A DNA stretch of 63,622 nucleotides, filler included, from Perkinsus chesapeaki ATCC PRA-425 (GCA_013115145.1; 5 parts of 5 records of this genome joined end to end with filler, not necessarily neighbours in it); one strand, 5' to 3'. Shown: positions 12,701 through 25,110, numbered from the whole stretch's first letter. Numbers and translations are program-made. The notes: generated by a model not told the origin, from the sequence alone.

Positions 12701-15700
12701 ACTGGCTGTATAACTGTAGCTGTATAACTGTTAAATCGCAATGTTTCCCTACTCCAAAGCACCGGGTGTTTGGGACACCCTTGTGCAACAGGGAAGATCA
12801 ACGTAAGGATCTAACACATTACAAACTCTCGATGCCCCTATTGGCTGATATTTCCCTTCCGCAAGTGTAAGTAAGCGCAGCGAAATACTACGGAAACCCA
12901 AAGCGCTCCATCAATCTTCGCTCACCTTTTTTCGATATTCGCTCCCATGTCGGCTTGAGCGTATTGGCAGCATTCTTGAGATTGAGCGCCCACATATCCC
13001 TGACAGCGGACATTCTATCAACCTCTTACGTATCTTACTAGCCTTACGTATGTTCAGTTCCACTTGTCGCGTTCTGTTTAGTATCCCGACTGTACCCTCC
13101 ATAAAGATATGCCATGTCAGATTGAGGATGAGCGAAGAAGAGGCATCCACCCTAACCGGCAGCAGCAGCAGACCAGCTTAGCTTAGAAAGCATGACGATA
13201 CCAATTATGAATGTCGGACACTTATATCAGAAACCCTCGAATAAAAGCTAAGAGATAGCATTGGAAGTAAAACGTACACAATGTCGATTCGCGACCTAGG
13301 TACCGTAGAAGACACGAAGAGCAAGTCTGCATCACAAACGCGCCTAAAAATCGCCACAGTGGTACTATTTTTCATTATTATACTCCCGATTATTATTTTT
13401 CTATTATGCGTTCCTATTATTTATGTTCAATTTCTTTTTTTCATTATATGGGTTGAGACTCATCACAAGTTTGCAACCAGGGCGTGAAGTGTCGGTCCCT
13501 CAGGGTAAGGCCTAGCCCCATGCTCCCTTCGCTTCCGCTGCTGCACATGCGTTCTGCAAGTACCGTAGATATTTCCACTATTACGACGTTAAGTGAATCC
13601 CCCTTACCCGAGGAGCAGGCATATTGAGGGCTGCAACGTTAGAGAAGTCCACCTTATACCACTTCTGTTCGGTTATGTTGAACATGTAAAGGTCATTAAA
13701 ATACTTGCACTCTCGAAATGTATCATAGAAGCCTCCAAATAAAAGAATGTAGCCCTTCCACACCTGAATGAGCGACATTCCTTCATACCATCGAACACCG
13801 CTGTAACCTACCAACATCCGATGACCAGATCTCTGAGACGGCCGATCGCCAGTGGCTTTGATCTCCTCCCACAGGTTCGTCTTGAGATCGAAACGCCACA
13901 AATCTCGGTAATGATGGAACTGAAAGCACAACTAGTAACCTGAACCACACATGTCTAGTTCCACGAGACCACACAGCTGCCACGCTCCTCTACCCCGACC
14001 AGCCAGTGGAATACGAATTCAAGCCTCTCTTCCACTTACCTGTGAAACTGTCGAGAATTCTCCACCGAAAATATAAACATATCGATTGTTCACCAGGACT
14101 GCTTGATGAGCGCATCGTGGCTTCGGTGACACAGGTGGCTCTATCTGATACGTTAATATAAGCTATAATACTACAACCTATACGAGCTGACAAACCCCCC
14201 TCCCCACGCACATACAGCCATCAACAGTAATAACAAAAACTGGTGTAAAAGTGGGACCGACGAATAACATCAGTTGCAAACTTGCATTGTAGATAACACT
14301 AACTTAAAACTGTCTACAATGCAAGTTCTATATGGTCAATACTATTAAGCCTATAAAAGGCCAGGGTGCTACGGTTTACTCGAGAGTAATGTCTGGAAGA
14401 GCTGCTATGAAACGTCGGCATTTAAAACTGTAGAAGGTATGGGCATGAAAATACAGACGAAGTTCAACAAGAGGAACTGTCATCATCCAGAGCCTCCCTT
14501 CCCCCTAGTAGTACCTTCTTCCATTCCCCCTTATCAACATCCCACCGGTACGTATCGTTATAGACCGTCTGCCGATCGCCATCAAAGAACCTTATGCATC
14601 CACAGTTATCACACCCTTTCGCCGCTTTACCTACTCTCCACCAAACATAAGAACATCTCCAGAGTTAGTGACAGTCATTGACATATTTAACCTAGGGCTC
14701 GGCGGGGCCGGCATCAGCTCTGTTCGAACCTTCTGTGGCCCGCCCTGCGACACCGGTCCTTGCAGACTTCAATGTCTTTCTATTACCTGTTCTTTAGCCT
14801 GCTCCTCCATACGACTGATCAACACTTCAATATCTTCTTCTCCTGTTGCCGCCAGCTCCTGAAGTGAACCACGTCTACTCTAAAAGGTGTCAGGGAGCTC
14901 TCCTAGATCAACATTGACTAATATGATAAAAAATTGTCGGCAGAGGATATATGAATGCGTAAGTGCCTTATATAAGTATAAGCGCCTTATTTAATATAGT
15001 AAAGTATAAGTGCCTTATATAGTAAAGTGTAAGTGCCTTATTTAATATAGTAAAGTATAAGTGCCTTATATNNNNNNNNNNNNNNNNNNNNNNNNNNNNN
15101 NNNNNNNNNNNNNNNNNNNNNNNNNNNNNNNNNNNNNNNNNNNNNNNNNNNNNNNNNNNNNNNNNNNNNNTAAAGTGTAAGTGCCTTATTTAATATAGTA
15201 AAGTATAAGTGCCTTATATAGTAAAGTGTAAGTGCCTTATTTATTATAGTAAAGTATAAGTGCCTTATACTTTACTATATAAGGCACTTATACTTTACTA
15301 TATTATATAAGTGCCTTATATAATATAGTAAAGTATAAGTGCCTTATATAATATAGTAAAGTATAAGTGCCTTATACAATATAGTAAAGTATAAGTGCCT
15401 TATATAATATAGTAAAGTATAAGTGCCTTATATAATATAGTAAAGTATAAGTGCCTTATATAGTAAAGTATAAGTGCCTTATATAATATAGTAAAGTATA
15501 AAACAACACTCAAGTCGTTGGTATCGTATGGCACCGTAATTTTGCATAAATGAAGCATATACTTATAAAATTGCATTCCCTATAATCATAATCCTTCCCA
15601 TAATCTTTACTACCCTTTTAGACTTCTTAGTGACCCCTTTAGTAGCCTTAGCCGCCTGCTTCTCTTTCTTTGCCTCCTTACGTGCTGCCTTCTCCAACGC

Positions 15701-15727
15701 AGCTGTCTTCTTATCCTTTTTGGGCAT
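9790..15727 (-). CDS. KLHDC4: Kelch domain-containing protein 4 homolog (Kelch repeats plus DUF4110-like C-terminus), many exons
   Basis: Lys-rich N-terminus MPKKDKKTAALEKAARKE, then PAPPSPRLNMSM, QFHHYRDLWRFDLKTNLWEE, RSGHRM, LLFGGFYD, LYGGYSRD and LVFGGVTDE...FYNDLHAFD, an acidic stretch, and ETLRDFAKR...FSLAEERYEE. The last exon ends GHHHHHHKHKSTKSSSSKKEKR*. Confidence 0.88.
14961..15501. repeat. AT-rich ~28-bp minisatellite (tagtaaagtataagtgccttatataata) in KLHDC4 intron 1, spanning an N-gap
   Basis: More than 15 visible copies of aagtataagtgcctta, with one inverted segment at about 15268-15302. Confidence 0.95.
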
Positions 15728-16388
15728 GGTCAGCAAATGCAATACTACTTCAAGGATAATTCCAATTAAGGTGAGCTATACTGTATTTATAACAGCCATA
15801 GTACTACTTCTAACACTGTAAAAAACAACCAAAGACGCCCGTAATATACAATATTTCCGACGAGGCCAATAGTATATACCCACGCTAAATTTCCATGACA
15901 GTGCGATGCCTTGGGGACCAAGTCTATTGCCTTATATGGCTGACAGTCGGCCTGTAAGAGTGTTAGATTATCTAGCTGTTGGTATCTAACTTAGATACCA
16001 ACAGCTGTCCTAATACATGCCCATAAAGGAGCACTGCAGTGAACACCGGCAGTGGAACTACAAATAAAAGCTCACCGTTGTGGTAAACATTTCTCAACAA
16101 ACCTCGCCCACTCATAGAAGGTAAGAGTATCTTTTCCCATTCAGTTAGAGGGATCCTTCCTATCCTCATGACGGGTAGCTGAGACGTTCCTCATCTGACT
16201 AGCCTGACCTGTTTTGGTCAATTATGATGAGTTGCTGCCAGACATATAACTCATTCCCGAATGAACACAACTCCGTGGAGGTCCGTGGACAGTCTTTGCT
16301 GGAAAGCCATTAGTAGTATGCCGGATAAAAAAGCGATAAGATTCCTCGAAATCCGGAGATGGAAAAAGAAGATCATATAGCGTCAGAG

Positions 16389-17708
16389 CTACGAAGTAGC
16401 GCGCAGGTTCCTATTAGTGGTACGAAGACCATACATCTGTATAGCGTTCTGGACAGATGATAAAATATTCAAAGCTCCGCTTCGAGGCCTTATATGCTTA
16501 TTAGAGCCTTGGAGGGGGTCGGTGCTAGAGACAAGTATAGATTTCACCCTCGACGGTTGAACCCCAAGAGATAGAAGTATCGCAGCACCAGCGCTCACCA
16601 TAGGAGTGGCAAACGAGGCGCCCGATGACCACACATGAACACCAGGAACGAGACTGCCGGAGTAGATTGACGTTCCGAAAGCTGCTATATCCACGCGGTT
16701 GCCGAAGTTCGAGAAGTTGGCTAGAGTGTTGTTGGCATCGTTATTAAGGGCCGTCACACATATAGCACTCGGGCCGCCATACCAGCATGGGTAGCAGTCG
16801 TGGGCATCCATGTTGTCATTCCCCGCCGAGGACACCAGTACGATGTTACGTTGTTGGGCTCTCAGCAATGCGGTCCGGAGGAGCGCTTTCTCTGATGACG
16901 AGTAACCATTCATATGGTAAGTTAGAGACATTGAGATGACATCAACACCGAGATCGATTGCCATATCGAGCGCCTCTAGGAACTGGGACATTGCTCCAGA
17001 GATCTGTAAAGATACCAAACGGACATGGTCCGGAGCGACTCCGACCATTCCGGCAGAGTTATTGCCTCGAGCAGCAAGAACACGACTGACGCGCTGACCG
17101 TGATGGAAGCCGAGGGTAAGGGTCGAGTTACCATATTGAAAGTTCCAACCACCATCGATAACTTTACCGTCGCTGGTAGTGAACGTACCCCTCAAGGGCG
17201 CCATGTCAGGATCACTGAAGTTAACCCCTTGATCGATGACAGCCACTGTTACCTCCCTTCTAGGATACTGCTGAATGAGCCCCCAGACTTCCCCCATATT
17301 CATACGGCGCAGATAGTCCTGCATGTATGCATCGGGGTCATTAACATGTAACGTGTCATCAAGTTGCGTCATCTCGCCGGCTATGTTCCTACCACAGGTA
17401 ACCTGGAGGTCCGGTAGATGCCGCCTTGCCCCGTGCAAGTAGTCGCAGAGATCAGCGTTGCTCACAGAACCAGACGATGTCGGAACGATTTGGCACTCGG
17501 CAAACTTCAGTGTCTTAATATTAGCAGTCGACAGGAGCGTAGCGATCCTGCCGTCGACTTCAACTCCAACTTTGTGGAGGAGTTCAGGAATGGTATCAAC
17601 GTAGACCATAGAACCACCAGATAAGATCGAGAGAACCGTATAGTCATCGTCCTTAGCGGCTCCAATAGCAGTCACCTTCGCTAGTAGGGAAGTCAGAGCG
17701 AATCGCAT
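16389..17708 (-). CDS. Secreted subtilisin-like serine protease (S8), intronless
   Basis: Signal peptide MRFALTSLL, catalytic Asp (VAVIDQG), His (HHGQRV), oxyanion Asn (SAGND) and Ser (GASFATP), plus the LANFSNFG motif. Confidence 0.92.
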   Translation of the reverse strand: MRFALTSLLAKVTAIGAAKDDDYTVLSILSGGSMVYVDTIPELLHKVGVEVDGRIATLLSTANIKTLKFAECQIVPTSSGSVSNADLCDYLHGARRHLPDLQVTCGRNIAGEMTQLDDTLHVNDPDAYMQDYLRRMNMGEVWGLIQQYPRREVTVAVIDQGVNFSDPDMAPLRGTFTTSDGKVIDGGWNFQYGNSTLTLGFHHGQRVSRVLAARGNNSAGMVGVAPDHVRLVSLQISGAMSQFLEALDMAIDLGVDVISMSLTYHMNGYSSSEKALLRTALLRAQQRNIVLVSSAGNDNMDAHDCYPCWYGGPSAICVTALNNDANNTLANFSNFGNRVDIAAFGTSIYSGSLVPGVHVWSSGASFATPMVSAGAAILLSLGVQPSRVKSILVSSTDPLQGSNKHIRPRSGALNILSSVQNAIQMYGLRTTNRNLRATS

Positions 17709-18467
17709 GAAAGAGGTTGATAAAGGAGAGCCTGAAGCAGCGGAACCAAAAGGATCTTCACGTAGAGCAACACAGATTACTCAGTTGGACGATAAGTGAC
17801 TAGGAAACGTCACTCGGTGACATCGCTACGTCACGTAGTTGCAAAGGCGCGTCTACCCGGCGCAGCACAATGACCTGATGGCGGCGAAGGGAGACTGTCA
17901 CCGATGGTCGGTGGTCGATGATAGTTCCTGAGAAGGGCAGCGCCGCCAACTACAGATGCCAACTTGGGGGCCAGGACGGCATGGACGGTTGCGTGTTAAT
18001 AGATTAACAACCATTCCAGCTACCCCAATGTAATGGTTGAGACATACTAGATAAGACGTTATCCTTTAATAGACGACAAGGGAACCCCGTCCTTCGTGAC
18101 TGATGGCCCGCCGGGCCGTTCGGTTACTCCGGTTAAGCCGAGTATATTGCCAGATTGACATCGCCTGCAGTTTGCTATTATAACACTTAGCGGTAGTAAT
18201 TCCTTTATGGATCTACATATGAAGCATATATGGAGGTGGTATCCCAGTGAACTTTAGTACTCTATCATCAACATGGCTACACAGCCATTGTTACCGATCT
18301 AATGGGTTTACTACTACCCAATGAAGCCATCCATACTATTACAGTAGAACCACCTATCCACACCCTTCTCTTTGCACTGCTTCGTCTCTGCATTTTTCCG
18401 GAATAGCGGATAGCTTGGACATCAGCTCCTTAATGAAGGAGCCACCTTTGCAAACGACCTACCCCCA

Positions 18468-19560
18468 TTATTGAATACTTAACTGCAAACACAACAAGGT
18501 CAATATAAGCACAATGCTTTCTTAAGTCAGCAATCATGTATCACAAAAATGAAGTGATGGTCCTAACTAGGCCACAGCAAAACAACGCTGGAAGAATGCC
18601 TGCCCCAACTGTCTGTAGTCAACAGTAAGCTCCTCCCCTGAACCCCCTCTATTCGTTTCATCAGCATACCAACCATTATTACCTTCCTCTATCACCCTCT
18701 TAGTCCTATACGTGTTGAACTCTCCACAATCACCAGGCTACAGTAGTAGACGGATTCCTAATTAGCTAACCGATAGCTGCTACCTCAATGAGCTCTATAT
18801 TAGGCACCTCCGAATGGTTTAGATACCAAGATACATCCAGTGTGTTTAGGCCTATCCCAAACTACGTACCTCAATACATCCCAGTAACCATGTACTACTA
18901 CCAGTGGCATTAACAGGATAGGCCAGGCCTTCCTCCCCTACCTCTGGGAGGCTGTAGTAGCCATTGCCACTAGTGAACGGGGCAAAGAAGCTGAGACAGA
19001 GCTGTCGAACTGCCTAAAGCCACATACGTTTGATAGGTGGCCTCCTGGTCTCCATTGAATCGTGTAAGGTGTCAACATCTCTGTTAATAAGTATTAGCTG
19101 TTGAGTCAACAGCCAGAACTGACCCTGAACCCTGGGCCCACCGGTTGCAGTGTCGACAAATCCTTATCCGTAAAGATCTCATATTCATCAGTGGCCTGCT
19201 CCACGGCAACACCCTAAGGACAGACTGAATGAGGTTGTCTTAAACTATAGCACCTCGAAGGGATTGATGCCTTTATAAAGGTTGGTTACTGCAAATACAC
19301 CAACACCATGTATATTGGACACACCAAGCATAACTACAGGGCCCTCCTGAAGCTGCTTCAGAAGCATGGTACGTCTATCAACCTCCGAAGAATCATAAAG
19401 GATGCGCTCTTCTTTTCTAGCATGACGTATCTTTTCCAAAGCTGTTCTGGCTTGCTCAAGCTGTTTCTCATCCATATCGGCCAAGACGTCCGCAATCTCA
19501 CATAATGTGTCCCCACGGCGGCTCATTATTACAACTAACAATCCTATATATTTTACCATC
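18468..19560 (-). CDS. SET-domain protein (putative lysine methyltransferase) split over about 8 small exons
   Basis: N-SET motif LGVSNIHGVGVFA...KG (ORF 19245-19652). An exon at about 18785-18850 reads LNTLDVSWYLNHSEVPN, and an exon at about 18580-18640 reads GEELTVDY. The start is uncertain and may extend to about 19780. Confidence 0.8.
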
Positions 19561-19818
19561 GCCATCAATCGTACGTAATTCAGCAGCTCGGACGCACCGC
19601 AGAATTGAAAAGTTAAGTGTAAACCTCTCGCAACCATTATTATACTGAACAAAGGCAGTTTACGCTTGGAAACTTGGGACTTGCCAAAAAGCCAGAGGGG
19701 ATATCAGAACTGATGCTGTTACTCACACTGCGGTACTCTTATTATCAACCAATGCCACAAACAGCATGTTTCTAGAAGCCACATGAATTAGTGCACCGTA
19801 CATCGATCAAGAAATCGA

Positions 19819-20060
19819 CCGCGACGGTCTTCCTTTCGAGCAGCCTCCTCCATTTCCACACGGCCGGTGATCGTAGATGTTGGATTTGGTGACATTTATC
19901 GATTCAGCTAATACTATTCACGTTAAATATGCGATTCTATACATTTATATCAACCATCGTTGGTGCATCCGCAAATTCCCTCTTTAACCCAAATGTAAAT
20001 ATAACATTATTAGCAACATTTAAAGTATCCTCACCACTCATCAGTGTCCAAGAAGGAACG
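19819..20060 (+). repeat. 242-bp direct repeat, copy 1
   Basis: Differs from 21058-21299 at only 6 positions by eye. Confidence 0.97.
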
Positions 20061-20215
20061 CACCGGCTAATCCCATAGTGGAAAGCACACATCAGTCAGA
20101 TAACCAACAGCAAGCAACGCAACCTGCTGTTGGTGGTGGGGGCGGCCCGGAAGTTCCCGAAGACGTGGCGATTGGGAATGTTGCTGACAGAAGGAGACGT
20201 CGGGTTCGACGTTGA
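19929..20215 (+). CDS. Small secreted protein A (78 aa); join(19929..19994,20045..20215)
   Basis: MRFYTFISTIVGASA-NSLFNPN|CPRRNAPANPIVESTHQSDNQQQATQPAVGGGGGPEVPEDVAIGNVADRRRRRVRR*. A 50-nt phase-0 GT-AG intron separates the exons. Confidence 0.7.
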
Positions 20216-20265
20216 TCAAGTAGCTATATGGTAAAGATTATTCTTTATTATAGTCGTGTAAAGTG

Positions 20266-20878
20266 TTACCAATCAAGACACGTCCCCATCAACCGGGCCA
20301 CTGAAACAGTTACAGAAGTGATGTCGAACTCTCCTATGGACTGCAAGCGGCAAAGATTTGGCAAGCTCAAGTGCAGTGATTCGCTGGATAACACTGGGGC
20401 ACCACAGCTGGCCCAGAGTTCCAGATAAAGAACACGAAGAGATGTGAATCCGCTGCTACCATAGATCGGGAATAACAGAGGATAACCAAGCAGGGTCGCA
20501 GGGACCGCCAAATTCATTCGCCAAGTTCAATAGTAACCGCTGGACCGTCATCATATCAACGAAGGCTTGAGCGCAGCAGTTCTACACAACCGCGCCACTG
20601 GCTATTCGCTCGCCTTGTATCTATGGATGACTTAGCTAATGAAGCGCCTCAGCATTAACATTGCTATCATAGCATTTCGAGGACTGAGGCACGTCAGTAA
20701 AAGGGGTCACCAGGTGAGGCATTTTACCATGTAGAGAGGTTACAGGTACAGCCAGTTCAACTTCGTACGCTAATGGAGACCAAAGTCCAATTTCGTAATA
20801 TAGTTTACGACGTCGTTCGAATCGACTGCAAGCTTGAATCAGATCGCTAACGCTTACGTTGCTCGATGGCGCATGCAA
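20266..20878 (-). CDS. Hypothetical protein, probably multi-exon
   Basis: Two ORFs with plausible splice sites between them and no recognisable domain. Confidence 0.3.
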
Positions 20879-21057
20879 TTTGCAGTTTGTACATGGTTAA
20901 GCCTCTGCCAGCCGCTATGTCACTCAAACGATAAACGAAGGGCATGAAAACTGATATAAGCAGCACTCATCGTAAGATGCTTCTTCGCCGAGTTCAACAG
21001 CTACATCAATTCTATAATGGTGGGTACGCAGGGTGAATGGCGACGCCTCGAAGGCGG

Positions 21058-21299
21058 CCGCGACGGTCTTCCTTTCGAGCGGCCTCCTCCATTTCCACAC
21101 GGCCGGTGATCGTAGAGATTGGATTTGGTGACATGTATCGATTCAGCTAATACTATTCACGTTAAATATGCGATTCTATACATTTATATCAACCATCGTT
21201 GGTGCATCCGCCAATTCCCTCTTTAACCCAAATGTAAGTATAACATTATTAGCAACATTTAAAGTATCCTCACCACTCATCAGTGTCCAAGAAGGAACG
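21058..21299 (+). repeat. 242-bp direct repeat, copy 2
   Basis: Near-identical to 19819-20060. Confidence 0.97.
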
Positions 21300-21544
21300 A
21301 CACTAGCCCAAAGCCACCACCACCACCTACAGAGACCCCCCAGGAGCCTCAGCAGGGTGAACCCGAATACCCTGTTAACGAGACCCCTAGATCGAATGAA
21401 AGCGAACAGCCTGTTATGCAGCCTGATAACGAGCCTAACACACCGCCACCTTCAAAGGATTCTCAAACACCAGGGGGTGGCAGAGAAGCCATGGGCAATG
21501 TTGCTGGCACTAGAGCACGTCGCATTCGTCGTGGACGTGTATGA
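21168..21544 (+). CDS. Small secreted protein B (108 aa); join(21168..21233,21284..21544)
   Basis: Same exon-1 peptide as protein A, then CPRRNDTSPKPPPPPTETPQEPQQGEPEYPVNETPRSNESEQPVMQPDNEPNTPPPSKDSQTPGGGREAMGNVAGTRARRIRRGRV*. Confidence 0.72.
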
Positions 21545-22522
21545 GCGAATGCAGTGTTGCTATGAGATTGTATTTGTGTTAAGTATATACCACACGGGCA
21601 TCATCAAAACTGATGGTCATCATTCCAGGTGCTTCGCAACACGAAGCATGTAATCACAATTTCTCAACAAAATGGAAAGATCATCGCGAAGAGGCGATCA
21701 TCCGATCGTCTATATAATAGACAGATGCTACGAATTCAAGGCGTATCACACTGAGGGGCCTTCGAACCTTATGCAGCCGAACAAGGTGCCCGAAGGAGGG
21801 CAAGGAGGAGGCGGCCTCCTGGAGGCCACTTCGAACACCATCTGTTTACTTTCAGAATGTTGTCATTTTAAACACCCAGTGGTATGCGTGTCATCATTCC
21901 CTTAACTACGGAACTCAACATTATTCAGACTACAGACTATTTCGACTATGTAGAAAAAGAGTGCACAGACTCGCGGAGCGAAGGGACATTGGTGGCCAGT
22001 AGGATCCTTCGAATCTGCTGACAGTTACACTCATCCGAGGGATCGAACCGGCGGCTAACGTCGTGAAGGGCTCGCCAGTACCAGTGAGATGTATCGCCAC
22101 CACGAAACATGTCCTTTCTCTACTAACGCCAAGAGGCCTTTCGAGAGTATCGATAACCGGGTATCGACGATTCTTCCAGGGGGTTGCCTTTTGTACTCAA
22201 ACTCAAAAGATATGACCAACTTTCAAGGATTTGTCAATGTACTAATTGTCAGTAATGCCGATTTGTAGGATAGCATTGAACCTATTGGTAACCGTACACG
22301 AGCGTTCGACCGAAGTGTATATTATCAAATTCGCTCGGACAGAGGGTTTATCAAGAGTCCGTTTATATTTTACCCACCTTGTTACCACAGTATCGGTTGC
22401 CAATCCAACCATCAACTTCAAACTCAACATTATGGATTGAAAAGGGTACACAGATTGTGGGGGGAAGGAAAGCGACATTGGCGGCCAGCAGACCCCGTCC
22501 AGTATAACACTTATCCTATTAC

Positions 22523-24036
22523 TCAAAAGACAGTTATAATAACGAACACTGTATACCTAAACAGGACCAGTGCTTTAACACCTACCGAAGGACAACAGCC
22601 TTACACCATGGCAACTGGATACGATATCAACCATCGCTGATTCTGCATGTCAACTGCAGCCTCTAGGAATCGACTAGCTGTTAATGTACACCATAACACA
22701 TCCAACACTGCCACCACTATGCCTAAATAACACTTATATCACCAATGCCGACCACAGTCTGGTTACCTGTAGCCCCTCGAAACTTTACAAAGACAGCAGC
22801 CGCGGCGAGGAAAACAACAGGAAGAAGACCGTAGCCTGACAGAGACCAGCTGGAGCACTCTTCGGAAGTATTGGCTTGCCTAAAATACTCATTGTCGTGT
22901 AGAGGTCGATACCATTCTTCTTTGGGCTCATAACATTCGTCAGCAAGTATATACCGATGCAGCCCACCATACCAAGTCCGTAGATATACCCGAAATGCAC
23001 CTTACACTCGGCACATTGCATGAATTCTAGGATATCTCTTACCTTTCCAGCCAGCACTAACATGGTGCCGAACGCAGCAGCAATGAGCAGAGGGCCTGGA
23101 CAAGGACATGGCTTGATATAACGAAGTTTGAGTGTCTCACCGCCCAGGTCTGTATCGGTCATAAGGTTCTGGCTCACACCACGGAAAAATAAAATAGACT
23201 TTATACGAGCTGCAATAGCGTCCAAGTCGATACCTAAAAACCAGAGCATACCTCGAGATAACACACTACTACTACTGACCGAGTTCCTGGAGCAGTGGCG
23301 GATCGTTGACAAACTCATCATCGTCATCATCAGTATCTGATATGGCACTCCTCCACAAACACTAAGATCCCTGTACCGAATCCGCCGATTGTCGAAGCTT
23401 CCCCCCTCCCCCGGTCTCCGGCAGCCGTTCCTAGAGTACCTTGAGGTGTTCCTGTATTGTGTTGCTGTCCCAGCATTGGACCGCCCGCTGCCCCGCCGAA
23501 TGAAGGCTGTCTGGGAGGTAAGATACCGCTAGCTGCTGCTGCTGATGATGATGAGGGAGATGTTACCCCTCCACCTGTAGAGTAACAATGGTGGGAGAGG
23601 ATGGCGAGAACAACAGTAGTTAAGTGAATTTAAAGAGAGATATATCCAACCCTATAGACTGAGAGATAATAATATATAAATGTAATGAGGAAGGGGCACA
23701 AAAATAATATATAAATGTAATGAAGAAGTGGAGGTATACAAATAATATATAAATGTAATGAGTAAGTGGCATACAAATAATATATAAATGTAATGAGGGA
23801 GTGGCATACAAACAATATATAAATGTAATGAGGAGGAAGTGCTATAACAATCACCAACCTTGATAAAAGTCAGGAAACCCTCCTGAGGTGGCTCCCGAGG
23901 ATGCTGCTGCCCAGGGTGACTGCACAGAGCCACCGCCTCCTCCTCCCCCTGATGAGGCATCCCCTATATAATGGCTTGATTGTGGATGATGAACTGCTCC
24001 TCCAACCCGGCCTGACTGATAGCCTGTTGATTGCAT
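22523..24036 (-). CDS. YIP1: Yip1-domain protein (YIPF5/7-like ER-Golgi trafficking protein), multi-exon
   Basis: DDDEFVNDPPLLQELG|IDLDAIAARIKSIL, DTDLGG, PLLIAAAFG, VHFGYIYG, IDLYTTMSILG, ASRFLEAAVDMQNQRWLISYPV and a C-terminal YTVFVIITVF*. Confidence 0.9.
23667..23848. repeat. ~35-bp intronic minisatellite, 5 copies
   Basis: Repeated core aataatatataaatgtaatgag followed by a variable purine tail. Confidence 0.92.
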
Positions 24037-24819
24037 CTTGACACTTATTATAGAAAACAAACTAAAACATAAAGAATCCATCGGGCTGCTCACCAAACCC
24101 CAAACTCAAAATGTATGCCGCCACTCAAAGCTCAGCGTATAAGATACCCCGGAATAACTCTAGTCCGCTAAAATACTATCAGCCACCACTCCAGCTGGCC
24201 CTCGATCTCGCTACTATACAGCATTTTCAGTTCAAACCTCGGTCACACATATGAGAACCCAACTTGCCTACGTCCACTCTCTCTCTCGCTCGCGACCGCC
24301 ATATACGACCAAGCGAGAGAGTTGTTGTTGTTGTTGTTGCTGTTGTTGTAGGTTGTTGTTTTAGGTTGTTCTGACAACACACTCGGTGTGTTGCAACAGT
24401 CTGTTGCAGCCATCACAAGGCTTCATTGAAGGCCAACATGAGTCGGTTATGTCATACGCACTATGCTTGGCTGCCTAGCCTAGGCATGACATGCCTAGGC
24501 TACGCCTGTCATGTCGCGTCACGTAACCAAAGTCATGGTGCAGCCGTTGTACTCCAGTGGTTATGATTCTTACTTGTCTTGCAAGCGACTCCCGATAAAT
24601 CCCCAATGCGAGCAAGTAAAGGAGTTAGAATTGCAATCGAAAAATGCCGATCTTCGAAAGAGGCGTGATGTGGCCTAGGCGAGTTGCTAAAGGCCGACTG
24701 ACTTGCCTAGGCCAATTGACTGGTTTTCTACCTCAGCCCCCCGGTACTAGTCGGCCAGCTGCTACCTCGTCAAGAAAAGTGCGACGTATCCGAAATTCCT
24801 TTGGGCAGCGACATGTACG

Positions 24820-25110
24820 ATGTAACACTGAACCAGTTGCAACTGAACGGAATGAGACTGTACGAGCGGAAACTGTACGGTATGGCACTGTATCCGTTGT
24901 AAGTTACAAATTGTAACTGTACCTGATAAAGTTGTACGAAATAACACTGTACCAACTGACACAGTTGAAACTGTACGATTTATCACTGTACGAGTTGCAA
25001 CCGTACGATATGACACTAACAAGAATTATGCTGTACGCAGTAGAAGTGTACCAGCTTGACCGCGTACGAGTTTAACTCTGTACCAGCTTGCACTCTACGA
25101 TGTAATACCC
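24820..25110. repeat. Degenerate 15-bp tandem array (core ..actgtac)
   Basis: Units such as gatgtaacactgaac, cagttgcaactgaac, ggaatgagactgtac, gagcggaaactgtac and ggtatggcactgtat recur with 15-nt periodicity. Confidence 0.75.

Noticed and set aside
24644-25022. Pentapeptide-repeat-like ORFs (TVR.. periodicity)
   Set aside because: The periodicity comes from the 15-bp DNA array, and similar short ORFs appear on both strands.
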